Assembly: GCA_964016885.1 (NCBI GenBank)
Contig: OZ024752.1
Span: 28,520,001 to 28,584,000 of the forward strand
Direction: 5' to 3'
Source: Eledone cirrhosa
Taxonomy: Eukaryota
DNA length: 64,000 nt
Position numbers and translations under genes: made by a program. Position 1 is the first letter of the stretch, and every line of letters starts with the position of its first letter. The notes beneath the pieces were generated by a model. It saw only the letters and a program-made list of their open reading frames with translations. It was not told where the DNA came from and searched no databases. Positions 1 through 14,175 of the stretch are shown here, one piece after another.

Positions 1-517
1 ATAATACTCTCACCTATTTGGAATACACATGATGGTCCTTCGTCAGTTTCGACAATCACTGTTCCAGTTGTTTGATTAACATAACTGCCTGCTCATGAAA
101 TTAACGTGTAAGTGGCTAAACATTCCACAGTACTTAACACCACAACTCTCCCGCTGGGCAGTCATTGTTTCATATCCAGCCGACCACACCGGTCCTCACA
201 AACCCATACCTACACACGTACGCGCGCTCATGTATAAGCACCCCAATTAAAAACAAAAGCACAAACACACACACACACACAAACGCACACACACACACAT
301 ACACACGCACACACAAATAAAATTAGGAATAAACGCGCGCGCACACACACATTCACATTAAAATATGTATATATATATGCACACGAGTAGCCTTCCCTAT
401 GCACTCAAATACATATGCCCACATCCACGAAACGAAATAGGGCCAATGCTTATATATATATATATACCCATCATTTCATAGAACACAGCAAACACTGGAA
501 TTTTTGTTTTTTGTCGG

Positions 518-616
518 ATCACCAGTCTGATGAGCAGATAGATAATGCAGACGAGTTAATACCTTTTATGGATGACTTTCACCCAATCCTCTGCGAAACG
601 CGCGTAACAGGTCGAT
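518..616 (+). ncRNA. Type I hammerhead ribozyme motif (minimal palindromic helix III)
   Basis: ATCACCAGT-CTGATGA(527-533)-GCAGA...TCTGC-GAAA(595-598)-CGCGCG-TA-ACAGGTCGAT. Helix I and II pair, ACGCGCGT is palindromic, and (TA)n follows at ~666. Confidence 0.8.
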
Positions 617-1002
617 ACACAATAAAATGAAATAACTAGATCGAAACGATAGTTCATCGTTTTCATATATATATATACACACATATATATACACACATAT
701 ATATACATATACACATACACACACACATATATGATATATATGTGTGTGTGTGTGTGCGTGTGTGTGTGTGTGCGTGTGTGTGCATGTATGTATCTATGTA
801 TATATGTATATATATATATGTGTATTTGTGTTTGTGTATGTATGTATATATGTATATATATATATATGTGTATGCGTGTATATATAATAATTTGTATATT
901 TATACGGCTGCAACAAACACAGATACCTTCTAAATTTTTATTTCTATGTCAAATTTTGTAATAGGAAATAACAGAAAAGTAATCACGAAATGATGATCGG
1001 AA

Positions 1003-1082
<80 letters not shown>

Positions 1083-1086
<4 letters not shown>

Positions 1087-1535
1087 CGTACAGTAGTATG
1101 TATATATATACATACATGCACACATATATATATGTACGTATGGATTCACCAAACATTTATTATAATGCTCGGTGTGTTTGTAAACAAACATCCCGTATTA
1201 AGCCGTAGTGTCTAGCAACCACCGTTGCTCGTTTTTGTTCAACTCTGACAAAGGAACGCTGTACTAGTTTCAAGCTTGTTAGCTATCGTCAGCAACGTAT
1301 ACCTTCCTGCCAGATAGTTGAACGTCCGAAAGTATATACTTTCCTTATGCATATTAACGGCTGAGTAGCCCAATTTGCATATCGAGTGGGCTAATCGGCC
1401 GGGTGCACCGAAAACGATAAACGGAAAAAATGAAACGAAATTTCATTTCCCACTCTTTGTACGTCCGTTACTTAAATATAAGTGAATCCATACGTACAGT
1501 AGTATGTATATATATATATACATACATGCATATAT

Positions 1536-1613
<78 letters not shown>

Positions 1614-1940
1614 TACTGTACGTCTGTATACATATGTGTATGTACGTATACATACTTATATTTAATATATACATGCACACATATATATATGTACGTATGG
1701 ATTCACCGAACATTTATTATAATAAGCTTGAAACTAGTACAGCGTTCCTTTGACAGTGTTGAACAAATGAGCAATGATGGTTGCTAGACACTACGGCTTA
1801 ATTCGGGATGTTTGTTTACAAATATCCCGAGCATTATAATAAATGTTCGGTGAATCCATACGTACATATTTATATGTGTGCATGTATGTATATATATATA
1901 CAAACTACTGTACGTCTATATACATATATGTATGTACGTA
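1083..1940 (-). mobile_element. Non-coding hammerhead-bearing tandem/fold-back element (retrozyme-like family R1), rearranged copy
   Basis: GTACGTATGGATTCACC recurs at 1134 and 1691 (direct) and inverted at ~1850. Homologous to 37893-38365 and 54222-54760. Embedded in (TA)n. Confidence 0.75.
1257..1297 (-). ncRNA. Minimal type I hammerhead ribozyme
   Basis: Minus strand reads CGTTG-CTGACGA-TAGCT AACA AGCTT-GAAA-CTAG-TA-CAGCG. Helix III palindrome ACTAGT, GUA cleavage triplet. Confidence 0.85.
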
Positions 1941-2300
<360 letters not shown>

Positions 2301-2367
2301 TCAGCTATTTTGGAGAAAAAATATACATATACATATACATATATATATATATATATATATACATATA

Positions 2368-3424
2368 CATGATGGGATGACAGAGTTCTTTGAGATACTG
2401 GCTGGTGTGCTCCAGGGAGATACATTGGCTCCCTACCTTTTATCATCGCAGAGGACTATTGTATGCGCCTTGCACTGGAGAAACACCAGGACCCTGGCCT
2501 TACTGTAGCACCGGCTCAGAGCAGGAGAGTTAAGGCGAAAAAGATATCAGATGCTGAATTTGCAGACGACATAGTTTTGGTGACAAATACAGTGAAGGAG
2601 GCAGAGGATTTGATGTAGAAGTTTGAGACTGTGTCGATGAGTGTGGGGCTGAGAATGAATGAGACTAAAACAAAATATCTGGTAGAGAATGTTGAGAAGC
2701 CAGAGGGGATCACTAATGTAGGCGAGAAGCCGCTAGAATTGGTTGAGGACTTCCTGTATTTGGGAGCAAAGATTGGGAATACGGAAGATTATGTGGTTGA
2801 GAGGAAGAGAAAAGCCTGGGCGGCGTGCCACAGCTTGAGATTGGTGTGGAAGTCGGACCTTCGTAAAGACCTGAAAATCCGCCTCTTCATTGCTGTAGTC
2901 TGTGCTGCTGTATGGGTCTGAGACTTGGACACTGACCAAGAAACTCACTCAGATGGTGGATGGGTGCTACACAAGAATGCTGAGGATGGCTCTGAACATT
3001 AATCAGTATATACTGATTTGCAGACGACATAGTTTTGGTGACAAATACAGTGATCGATAAAATAAAGTACCAGTAATGCACTGGGTAATTGCTGGCCTTG
3101 TGCCTAAAGTAGAAACAAGTATATACTGAGGATGAAAAACTCAGAGCTGTATGGGAGCCTCCCAAAAGTCAGCTTTAAAGTGACACAGAGGAGACTGAGG
3201 TTAGCTGGACATGCTCACCGGCATCCAGAGTTGACATTGCACTCAGTGCTTCTATGGGAGCCCTACATGGACACACTGGAAGAGGAAGACCAAGGTTAAC
3301 GTATGTTGATACCCTAAGGACAGACACTGGTCTGTTGGAGACGCAGGACATGGCAGCGATAATGAGGGACAGAGACCGCTGGAGAGAACTCGTCCATGGA
3401 TCTCGGGAATTTTACCCACCCTAG
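2368..3424 (+). mobile_element. RTE-clade LINE 3' fragment (degenerate reverse transcriptase)
   Basis: Translates to GVLQGDTLAPYL, FADD, GLRMNETKTKY and FLYLG, with frameshifts. A SINE fragment is inserted at ~3054-3118. The 3' end matches 54995-55290 (-). Confidence 0.85.
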
Positions 3425-3425
3425 A

Positions 3426-3549
<124 letters not shown>

Positions 3550-4653
3550 TTCCTTTTGTATTATATTTCCTATAATAACAGTTTATTTACATAAAGTAAA
3601 GTTGCCTTTACATCTCAAGGATGGAACGCTTTTCTCTATTATAAAACTTTCTGCATATGAATGTGTACTTTCTTGTATGATTAGATTCTAAGTATATTTG
3701 TCTGTTCCATCGTCACCGTTTCGGTTTTTCATTTTACTTTCGCATAATAAAATAGGATACCACCACAATATTTACATGTAAATTATCATTACTTCAATTT
3801 TTTTTTTGTTTTTTATATATTATTGAATATTTCAAGCAGCAGCAGCTGCTGCTGCAACAAAAGAAAAAAAAACGATGTTTCGAATACAAAATGTGTATAT
3901 TAATCGACAACCATCCATTTAAAGAAGACAGTAACCGAGAAATAATGATTAAATTCAGGAACGATGAAGCAACAGAAATAGAAAGGAACAAAACACACCA
4001 TTAAATCGTTGTTTTATGAAGCAATCTCTGTTCCGTGATATCCATAGAATACTGAGATATTCTTAATTTCAGAATAAACTTTTTATGTTTATATATGTTT
4101 TTTTTATAGACGGTGAATTAGGAGAGTCGTTAGGCGGTATTCGTTTCTGCTCTCAGCTCTCTGAAATCAAATCCCACCGGGGTCAACCTTGACTTTCCGC
4201 CTTAAGACATTACCAGTCTAATACTGGGAATCGATTCTTCCTCTATATATCTTTCCCCGTTCCTCTCTCTCTCAAACTTTCTATCTTTCTCTGGGCTACT
4301 CCAGGATTAAAATGCCTAATAAATGCTGTATGTTAATACGGCGTCCCTACGACTCCATCAGGAGTTACGGGATCTAAAAATAAAATATGCTTTTTATTTT
4401 GGCGGTTATTTGTTGTTTCCTGTTAATTAGGGTGTTATGAAGAATTTCAACCGCATGGCTATGATAATCTGCCCTCAGTTTGCCCAAGGCTTCTAAATCT
4501 AACCTCTCAGTAGGCAACAATCCCATAAATAGTAATAATTCTTTGAATTTAGGTAATGTATTCTCTATTACCCACAAATACATACAAGCATACATACATA
4601 CATACATACATACATACATACATACATACATACATACATACATACATACATAC

Positions 4654-5290
4654 ATGATGGTTGCCCCCTTGTTATCGAGTATGGCCATTGCACGATATAC
4701 CATTATTAATAATTATTAATTAATTATATCGTGCAATGCCTGAACGTGAAGATATTTTTTAAAGTGAGGAAAGACTGTGCACTGAGCCAATCCCACTCTC
4801 TGAGCGACGGTAGCTAGAACCCGAAAAGAAGAAAAGATCAACATCATCGGTAACTACTGAGCCGCTGGTTTTATATCGGAGTTATCCCAGTTTCCTGAGT
4901 TGCCTTCTCCTAGAAGAATGCCCTGACAAAGGCTAGGGGTCCTTCACTCCCAGTGGTTTAACCGTGAGATCGGATATCCAGCCCGATTATTTCAATGTCT
5001 CCCGCACATATATATATATACATTTGCATACAAGTATATACATATATACACACATATATACACATGTATATATGAATACACATATTTATACATTTTGGAT
5101 GGCCGTTGACTCTTGAGTTCTTCCGCCCTTGGTCAGGTTTTGGTTTTTGTCCTGCAGGGTGTCCAAAATCACCCTCCTCACCAAGTAAACTTGGTGGGGT
5201 TGCCACTTTAGTCACCGACGACCCAACCGTGCGACAGGTTGTACTGGGTTACGTGTTACCAGTAGCACTCAAGAGTGACCCGACATAACA
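4654..5290. mobile_element. Unclassified interspersed element bounded by (CATA)n
   Basis: Shares CCTTCTCCTAGAA..TGCC(C/T)TGACAAAGGCTA.GGG and AAGCCA.TCCCACTCTC-like blocks with 13066-13480 and 46205-46915. (CATA)n lies on both sides. Confidence 0.5.
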
Positions 5291-5418
5291 TGCATATATG
5301 ACAACATACATACGTACATACATATATACATACATGCCAATATACATACATATATACATACATGCCAATATACATACATACATACATACATACATACATA
5401 CATACATACATACATACA

Positions 5419-5450
<32 letters not shown>

Positions 5451-6999
5451 CATACATGCATACATGCCAACATACATACATACATACTACATACATACAT
5501 GCATAAAAATGAAATGTCAAAACGTGGGGTGTTTAAATATTAAAATTTATGCAAAATTCGTGTGCCCGGGTAATTATAAAACTTATGCATCCTTCACTTT
5601 TATTTTATTCTTAACAATAATTGCATCTTTTTAAATTCTTAGATTTTTCCGAATTCTACAATTTTTATTTCTTTTTTTTTTTGTCGTTTTTTTTTTGTTT
5701 TTGTTTTTTTTTTCACGTGGATGCTTTGTTTTTGCTGATTCTTAAATTACTCTTTGTTACGGTTCGACTATTGCGCAAAGATAAAGAAAATACACACACA
5801 AAAAATAGAAGAATAAAATAAAAATTAAACAAGACATAATTTGAAATATATCTTTAGAACGAACAAACAAGCAAGCAAGATTCTTTATATATTTTGACAA
5901 TTCACCAAGGACAGTCTTGATACTGAGAATGATACAATGTAGATTAGAAACACTAACAATGCTTTATTACATAAAAGTCGTCATTATTTCCAGGGTTACT
6001 AGTACAGATAATTAACAGCCGGTGCCAGGAAAGGAAAAAGAAAACGAGATTGAAAAACATGGAAAAAGAAGGAAAGAAAAAAAAAACAAGAAAAGAATCG
6101 ACAATGACACATGTTCTTGGTAAACTTTGTCTCCCAAGCATTTCACAGTCTGTAATTCATTTACAATTAGATCTACGTAAGTACTTATCTGATACTTATC
6201 TGAACTTATGTGAAGTTGCTTACTCTAATGAGGTATTTAGGTCCACTTTCCAGCTTATTAACTGAGCTGAAATATACTTAGGAACTGAATGCAGTAGTGG
6301 CGTGCGTAACTAGTTAATTTTGACTGAAGTTTTAATCTCTACATTTCGATTGGTGAGATAGAGGGATTGCGTGTCACATATTAATGAAAATACGTAAACC
6401 AAGTTACATATGTATATATATGTATATATGCGGACTTAGAAAAATATTAATACATCCTGACATTAGTATTTCGAAATTTATATTCCAATATGTAATTCAA
6501 CATATGTAACTATCGTATCTTTACACAGCATTGAAAGATTTTCTGCAGCTATCATTTGCATCAATATGAGCCCTTGAATAAAGGCATTATACACTATATT
6601 AATTACATTTAAACACAAAGCTTACACAACATAGATTTGGACACTACCTTCACACAGTATATTACAATATATAGTTCCAGCTCTACATATTTTGTTTTAA
6701 AAATGCAAATTCATACATTACGCAAATAACACTTATTAGGATTCTAATACAAATGTATATCTAATTACGAACATATAGAAGACCACTTAAATAATAAAAT
6801 CTCTAAATATAACATTTTAAAAGCAGGGAGATAATCTTTGCAATAATCAAAATCTAAAATTATCTACATAATATACAATAATATAAATTTAGGCAGTTTG
6901 AAGTGATTTTCTATTTTCTTTGAATTAAGTCTTTTATTGTCATCCCTTCACAGAGTCTACGTCCCTGAAATTGTGACCTTGAAATTACCAACAGCAGCA

Positions 7000-7006
7000 T
7001 ATAAAA
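7000..7006 (+). promoter_or_regulatory. Candidate TATA box of the orphan GST/S-crystallin-like exon
   Basis: TATAAAA 157 bp upstream of ATG 7157, followed by an AC-rich leader like that of the S-crystallin gene. Confidence 0.45.
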
Positions 7007-7156
7007 CACAACAACAACATCAATAACATCACAAACAAAACAACAACAACAATCAAGTCGACAACGAAAAGCAGGTGACTAAACACTGTTCAAATTTACA
7101 CGAAGGACAACAATTTCCAAGAGGTCAAACATATACCACACGAAGGGATAAGCAAG

Positions 7157-7328
7157 ATGTCTTCCTACACACTTTACAGCAGTGATGGCGGGGATACTAA
7201 TGTTGATGGTAGTGGTTTAAGTAATGGTTATAGAACAGGCCGTGACAATGTAGATATGTGTCGTCTGCTACTCACAGCTGCTGGGGCCAGTTTTAAGGAA
7301 AAAACTGTGGCCGAATCAGAATGGCACA
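7157..7328 (+). CDS. Divergent S-crystallin/sigma-GST-like first coding exon (orphan or alternative exon)
   Basis: MSSYTLY...GRDNVDMCRLLLTAAGASFKEKTVAESEWH aligns to [35 protein letters not shown]. Ends at a phase-1 donor A|GTGAGT. No downstream paralogous exons were recognised before 29127. Confidence 0.7.
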
Positions 7329-7678
7329 GTGAGTATCTTTATATTTCCCTTTGTTTATTTGTTTATATTTTTCTCACTTTTATTATTTCATTTTTTGCAT
7401 TTTGTTTTGTTTTTTTGTTGTTGTTTTTTTATTCGTTTATGGCTTTCAGTTATAGTGTAGGGGGTCGGTAGAAACATCAGAGCTTATGTTAAAATACCTT
7501 CCACTACATGTTTTAACTATTTACATGCCATGAGTTAGCATAAGTACTTATTTTAGTACACTACCATCCCACCAAAATTACCTATCTGTAACAGGCTATA
7601 TTACTGCCTATATAAGAGTCACATATACATACGAACACATATGCATACGCCTACACACATACACGCACCCAAACTAAA

Positions 7679-7731
<53 letters not shown>

Positions 7732-7827
7732 CACACACTCAGAAATACATTCTTTCATCAAAGCTTACACCATTAACAAGGATGACGTAAAAGACAAAAG
7801 ATGATTCCCTTATATAGACCCAAATTC

Positions 7828-8510
7828 AGGGCGGTAAATAGGCAGAATCGTTAGAACCTCGCAAAATTTGTTCCAGCTCTTTACGTTCTGAGTTAAAATC
7901 GCGCCGAGGTTAGCTTTGTCTTTCATCCTTACGGGGTCAATAAAATAAAGTACCAGTGTTGCACTGGGTCAATTTAATCGACTCTCACAACCCCCACCAC
8001 CCCCAAACAAAATTGCTGGCCTTGTGTCTATAGTAGAAACCATTATTATTATTATTATTATTGTGGATTGGCAGTATCGGTAGAGAGTCGGACACCATGC
8101 TTTGAAGCATAGAGTTACGTCCCTTTATGATCTGAGTTCAAATCCCGCTGAGGTTAACTTTGCCTTTCATCCTTACGGGGTCGATAAAATAAAGTACCAG
8201 TAATACATTGGTAATTGCTGGCCTTGTGCCAAAAGTAGAAACAATTATTATTATTATATGTGTGTGTGAGAGGAGGATGCATCTCTCTCTCTCTCTCCCT
8301 CTCTCTCTCTGTATATATATATAGTGTGTGTGTGAGTGTGTGTGTGTATTTATATAAGTTTATATGTAATATGTGTGTGTGTCTATGTATGTCAGTGATA
8401 TTTTTTTTCTTTTATTCATTCAAGTTTTCTTTATAACTTTACATCGTTATTTCCCTTTAACCATTTTACAACTTAATTCCAATCTTATATGTTCTCTCTG
8501 TCTGTCTGTA

Positions 8511-8567
<57 letters not shown>

Positions 8568-9100
8568 GACTGTCTGTCTGTCTATTCTTTCCCTTCTTTC
8601 ATTCTTTGTATTTTCTTTTCTATATATCTTTTTACTATTCTATTTCATGAGGATTGGCAGCTTTGGTAGAGTGCCGGACAACATGCTTATCGGCATATAG
8701 TTCGGGCCAAGTAGGTTCTGAGTTCAAATCCCACCAAGGCTAGCATTGCTTTACATCCTTACCGGGTCGATAAAATAAAGTACCAGTAAGGGACTGGGAT
8801 CGATGCAATCGACTTCTCCCATCCCCCAAAATTCTTGGCCTTGTGCCTAAATCAGAAACCATTATTATTCTATTTCATGAGAGCAAAGATTGGCAGTTTC
8901 GGTAGAGCGCCGGTCAACATGTTTTGCGGCATATAATTACGACCATGTACGTTCTGAGTTCAATTCCTGTCGAGGCTAGCTTTGACTTTCACCCTTATAA
9001 GGTCAATAAACTAAAGTACCAGTAACGCTCTGGGGCCGATTTAATTGACATTCTCCTTCCTTTTAAATTACTGATCTTGTGCCAAAGGTAGAAGCAATTA
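7828..9100 (+). mobile_element. Cluster of four tRNA-derived SINE copies
   Basis: Copies at ~7828, 8062, 8650 and 8888, each with a B-box-like GAGTTCAAATCCC, central GCCTTTCATCCTTACGGGGTCGATAAAATAAAGTACC (resembles the MetaSINE domain) and an (ATT)n tail. Confidence 0.85.
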
Positions 9101-11157
9101 TTTTTCTATTTCTTCCATCTTCGTTTTTCTAATTTCTGCGTGTCTTCTCCTTCATTTCCTTTATTAATTAATGCATTCATTTTTCAGAGTTTCATTATTT
9201 ATTCATTTGTTTAGTTATATTTCATATTTAAACATTATTTCTTTGTCATTTTATTAGTCTTTAGTTAGATTCCTTTGCCATTTTCTTTTCCTCCATATTT
9301 CTCATTATCTTTCCTCCTTTCTTTGCAATATTCTCTTTCTATCATTTATTTCTGTTAAATTTCTTCCATTCTTTCCTTCTCGTTTGTCCCTGTCTTTCTT
9401 TTCTTCTCTTTTTCTTTCTCCTTCACATTATTCTTCTTGATATTTTATTATTTCATTATCTCCCCACTCTTCATTTCTACCCGTCTTTATTTATTTATTT
9501 CTCTCTGTCGCCGTGTTTCTTTTCTTTTTATTCTTTCTTTCCCTTCTGTATTTCTTCTCTAATGTACTTCATAATTCATTCTCTCTTTCATCTCTCCGTG
9601 TTCTTTTCGTTTTATTCGGTATTTTCCTTCCGTCTGGCATTTTCATTTTTCGTTTCTTTTTCCTATCCTTCACTTTTTCTGTAATTAGTTAATATTTTTA
9701 TTTTTTATTTTTTGCTTTCTCATTTTCATTCTCCTATTTTCTTTGAACTCTTATTTCCTTTTGTCCTTATTTATATCATTCTTTTCCTTCTTTTTTCCTA
9801 CCTTTCTTTCCTTATGTTTCTCATTCTTAATTTTTCTTTCTCTTTTTTGTTTTTGAAATTCTATTTCGTCCATATTTATTCATTTAGTTATTATTTTTGT
9901 CTTTCTTTCATAATTTTTTATGTTATTATATTTTTTATCCAGTTTTCTATTATCTGCTTTTTGCCCTCGTTCTTACTTCCATTCTCTTTCCCTGTTATCC
10001 TATTACCCTAAATCACTTAAGATTTCTTCGTTCTTTTAAAATTATATATTTTTTATTACGTTTACTAGCAGCAGTAACTGGGTTTGTTAATACACAAAAT
10101 ATATTCAATCACATGAATGCATTATATTTCGCATAAACTGCTTCAAATCTATTCTTGACTATCTTCAGTTTGTCCAATATTGTTGATTAACTCAGAATTG
10201 ATGCATCCAAGAAATTCGAAACGATGGTTCAATTTGAACTTTAAAAAAAAATATATACAAATAAGTTAACAAACATAGGTCCATAAACTCACATGTTTTA
10301 TGAAACGATATGCTAATATGCTAAATTTCAACTACCTCGTAGTAAACCTGTGACCTTTAATTTCAAACATACATACACTACATTCCGTTATATACTAAGA
10401 TATCCTACTTTTGTTTCTTTTAACCTGCACCATTGTTTGATTCCTCCATCTTTTATTTTACAATTTACCTTTTACGAAATAATTTCTTTCGGGGTTTGTT
10501 TTTTTTCATCGTCTCAATTTTTCCATCTTCTATTTTTGCGGCCTATTACCTTAATTTATTTCATTTTCTGTTTTCTCGTGGTTTCTTCGTACTTTTTATC
10601 ATTCTTCATTTTTCTTTATTCGTTCATTCTATTCTCTAGCTGTCTATTTATTCTCTCTTTATATTTTTTCTTTCCTTCTTTGACTATGATTTTAGAGCAA
10701 CACTTATGAGTCCTTCTCAAATAGATCGAATGCCTGATGGCGAACAGCTCTAGGTGGCGTTTACAACGCAGTAGAAAATTTACGCTGCCCTTCTGTGATT
10801 TCCTGTTACTTGACAGAGAGACGTCAATGTTCAGTTGCCCATTGCTGAACGTTTGCAGCCAGCTGGTGATGAATGCCATCTGAAGTGTAACAACTCAAAA
10901 CGAATGCGACTGCTGACGAACATAGGTCACTGATGAGGGGAAGTGGACGAAAGTTGGCCAAATTGTTAAACGGTTTACTTCTTTAGCAGATGTTTAACAC
11001 GTAAAATATGTATAAGCTACAGCTTGGTCTTGTCTCAGTACCGAGCCAGTAAACACCGCTGATGATGGATGAAAGATCGAAGTAATCGAGACATGATTGC
11101 AGCTAACAACACTCATACACATATACAATATGATTATGTATAATGATTATATTTATA

Positions 11158-11237
11158 ACAATTGTTAGACTGTAAATAAATTTTCTGCTTTGTACTGTTG
11201 ACCATGTTATTCTTCACTTTTTCAATTATATATATAC

Positions 11238-11299
<62 letters not shown>

Positions 11300-11460
11300 G
11301 AAAAGGTGAAGAATAACATGGTCAACAGTACAAAGCAGAAAATTTATTTACAGTCTAACAATTGTTTCACTGATAAAGATGTCTAAAATTTGTTGAACAC
11401 TAGAAGCAGTGCCACTCAATTTTAAATACGATGTTATCTCGATCAGATCTTCGGAAAGTG
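11158..11460. mobile_element. Tail-to-tail PLE-type termini around (TA)n, with a CCGAAGA-core hammerhead-like fold
   Basis: 11158-11230 is inverted at 11295-11367. Minus strand reads CCGAAGA-T-CTGAT...ATCAG-T-GAAA-CAATTG-TT. Same family as ~12595-12665 and 56433-56760. Confidence 0.7.
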
Positions 11461-11604
11461 TTATAAAATATATATATAACCGGCAAATTTACAAATTCAA
11501 ATTACATTATCAATAATAATATTAATAATAAAGATAGAGAGAGAGAAGAAGGGAGAAAGGGAGATAGATACAGTCAAGAAAGAAAGAAAAGGAAAAAGAA
11601 GAAA

Positions 11605-11703
11605 GAAGAAGAAGAAGAAGAAGAAGAAGAAGAAGAAGAAGAAGAAGAAGAAGAAGAAGAAGAAGAAGAAGAAGAAGAAGAAGAAGAAGAAGAAGAAGAA
11701 GAA
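11605..11703 (+). repeat. (GAA)n microsatellite
   Basis: About 33 perfect GAA units. Confidence 0.95.
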
Positions 11704-12694
11704 ATGGCTACAGAGAAAAATATAAAGAGAAGAAAATATATGGAAATGATGGTAGACAGAGGAAAGACAAGCATAATGAGAAGTAACGTAGGATAGAAAG
11801 AAAAATAGAGGGAAAAGTAATGATATCAGCAATAAATGAATAAACGTTCATACATGAATAAATGTAAATAAAAATAAAAATAAATATATAAAAATATATA
11901 AAAATAGATAAATAAATAAATAAATAAATAAATTACATCTAATGTGATATAAACAAGTATAAAATGTGAAAAATTAAAAATGAAAATAAATACGTAAAAG
12001 AAGTAAAAATATGCGAAGAATATTTAAACATATTAAAATTATTGAGAGTGGTTTTTCAGAATTGTTAAAATATAAGGAGAGATATGAAGGTAAAAATATG
12101 ATAATGTTAAATATATTTATGTGTGTATTGGTTATTTTAATTAATAAATTAATTAATTAGTTTTAAGTTATATTATATGATAAAATAAAATGTCAGAAAT
12201 CAAATAAATTTAGGGAGAGAAATATAAAGATAGAGAGTGAAAGATAGAGATATATAAAATATGAATGTAAATATGAGGTTTTAATGTTGAGAAATGATGA
12301 CAATTATAATTATAATTATAATCATATGCTGATAATGTGATATTATAATAGATCTAAGTGGTACAATCTGCGTTATGGAATAGATAAGATGGAATTAAGC
12401 TGGTCTAAAATTCTCAAATTTGGTCGCCGATTTATGTCGACAGAAAATAGTTCTTTCAATTTTACTGTTAAGAAGCATTTTGTTGTAATTTAAAATTTAG
12501 AAAAGTTCCATATTACAGAGACCGCAGTGGGACATACCAATTTGATAGGCCGTTGCTTTTGATAGCTTCGTCCAGCTGATTTTATATTCCAGGTGTCCGA
12601 AGATCTGATCGAGCTAACATCGTATTTAAAATTGAGTGGCACTGCTTCCAGTGTTCAGCAATTTATATATATATATGTATATATCTAAAAAAAA

Positions 12695-12920
12695 GGTCTA
12701 ATGTCTGTCTTAAGCCAGAAGGCTCATTTGGCCGGTGGTTATCCCCGTTTCATGACGTGAAGCGACTGAGAGTACCAGACTCCCCCCTGGACAAGACGCC
12801 AGTCCATCGCAGGGTTAAACCTCCAGCTATTGCTGGTACTCATTTTCAGCTGAGTATACTGGATCAACGTGAAATGAAGTGTTTTGCTCAAGAACGCAAC
12901 ACGCAACCCAGGAATCGAAT
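12695..12920 (-). mobile_element. SINE of a second family (V-domain-like block)
   Basis: Minus strand contains CCCTGCGATGGACTGGCGTC(T/C)TGTCCAGGGGG and GTTCTTGAGCAAAACACTT. Second copy at 40215-40415. Confidence 0.7.
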
Positions 12921-13065
12921 TAGTTTTTAAATAATTGTTAATTATATACCAAGTTGATGTTGTGTAAATTCCAATGAGAGAGTCTTTTAATTATGTTAGA
13001 AACCGACTCTCTCTCTATTGGCAAAAATTTGTTAAATTATAAAACCAGAAGAACATACATACATA

Positions 13066-13480
13066 CATGGTGGCTGCCAACTCGTTTTCGAGTACGGCCA
13101 CTACTTTATATCCATGTAGGAGAACACCTACCGATGCGCTGAACGAGTGTGACTTTTTAGTCCAGCCAGCGACTTGAAAACTCTGGTACAAACAGTACAC
13201 TTGTGACAATTATTGACACATAGTGCTGGGCCCATGGTACCATGTGACGACAAGTGCAGAGAAATCTCCAGATATAAAGCAATGCCTGTGCCGTGAAGCT
13301 TTTATAGTGAGCAAAGGCACTGCACAAAGCCAGTCCCACTCTCTTAACCAAGATGATATTTACCAAAAAGAAGAACAAGTCAACATCATTGGATACCATC
13401 AGGGTTTCAGGTGTTATATCAGAGTTTTCCTTCTCCTAGAATTCTGCCTTGACAAAGGCTAAGGGGTCATCTCTCCCATA
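13066..13480. mobile_element. Unclassified (CATA)n-bounded interspersed element
   Basis: Near-identical blocks recur rearranged at 46205-46915. Flanked by CATA repeats on both sides. Confidence 0.6.
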
Positions 13481-13987
13481 CATACATACATACATGCATG
13501 CATGCATCCATGCATGCATGCATCCATGCATGTCAATATATTTTGTTAGTAGAGCTTTTTCTGTTGAAAGGCCTCAGCTGCTATTTCTAGCTACCGATAA
13601 GCCTATTCACGTCACTGGAATGACAGCGGGGCGCTCTGTACTTTTCCAAACCACATATGCTTTTCTTCGTTATTCCTTGATTTGTTCTTATGATGTGATC
13701 ATAAATAGTTCCTAATCCTCTCCTTTGCTAACGATCCAGGATTTAACATCTATAATTCACCTATTAATGGTGAAATATATTTCTTTAATGTGTAACCTCC
13801 GTAACTATGTGTGCTTACACTCTTAATTTTTGTCATTATATACACATATATAAATTATTTCGAATGTAGCTGCAAATAGTTATGGAATTTTTTTTGTCCG
13901 AATCCTCTTAAAACACTGCATCTGCAGACAAAATGCGTATGTTACTCAGAAGATTTATCTGCAAATACAGTTAATTATATAAAATTG

Positions 13988-14175
13988 AGGGCGGTGGATT
14001 AGCAGTATCGGTAGAGGGTTGGACGCCATGCTTTCTAGCATAGTTACGTCCCTTTACGGTCTGAGTTCAAATCCCGCCGAGGTTAACTTTGCCTTTCATC
14101 CTTACGGGGTCGATAAAATAAAGTACCAGTAATGCACTGGGTAATTGTTGGCCTTGTGCCAAAATGTAGAAACAA
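13988..14175 (+). mobile_element. tRNA-derived SINE, full length
   Basis: Family consensus match, flanked by the direct repeat TATAAAATTG (putative TSD). Confidence 0.9.

Noticed and set aside
4686-4738. 14-bp inverted repeat around an AT spacer
   Set aside because: Isolated, single occurrence, and no functional motif recognised.
9100-10700. Hydrophobic F/L/I-rich ORFs that look like membrane proteins
   Set aside because: Pyrimidine-rich low-complexity DNA with non-ATG starts and no motifs.
10730-11090. Several CTGA(T/C)G(A/G) motifs (about 10735, 10913, 10930, 11059) suggesting hammerheads
   Set aside because: Helix II or III could not be paired convincingly. At best these are heavily decayed, so they were not counted.
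13925-13970. Possible exon 2 for the orphan GST-like exon (CAG|ACAAAATGCGTATG...)
   Set aside because: The peptide lacks the P.LE..Q S.A..RYL GST signature.
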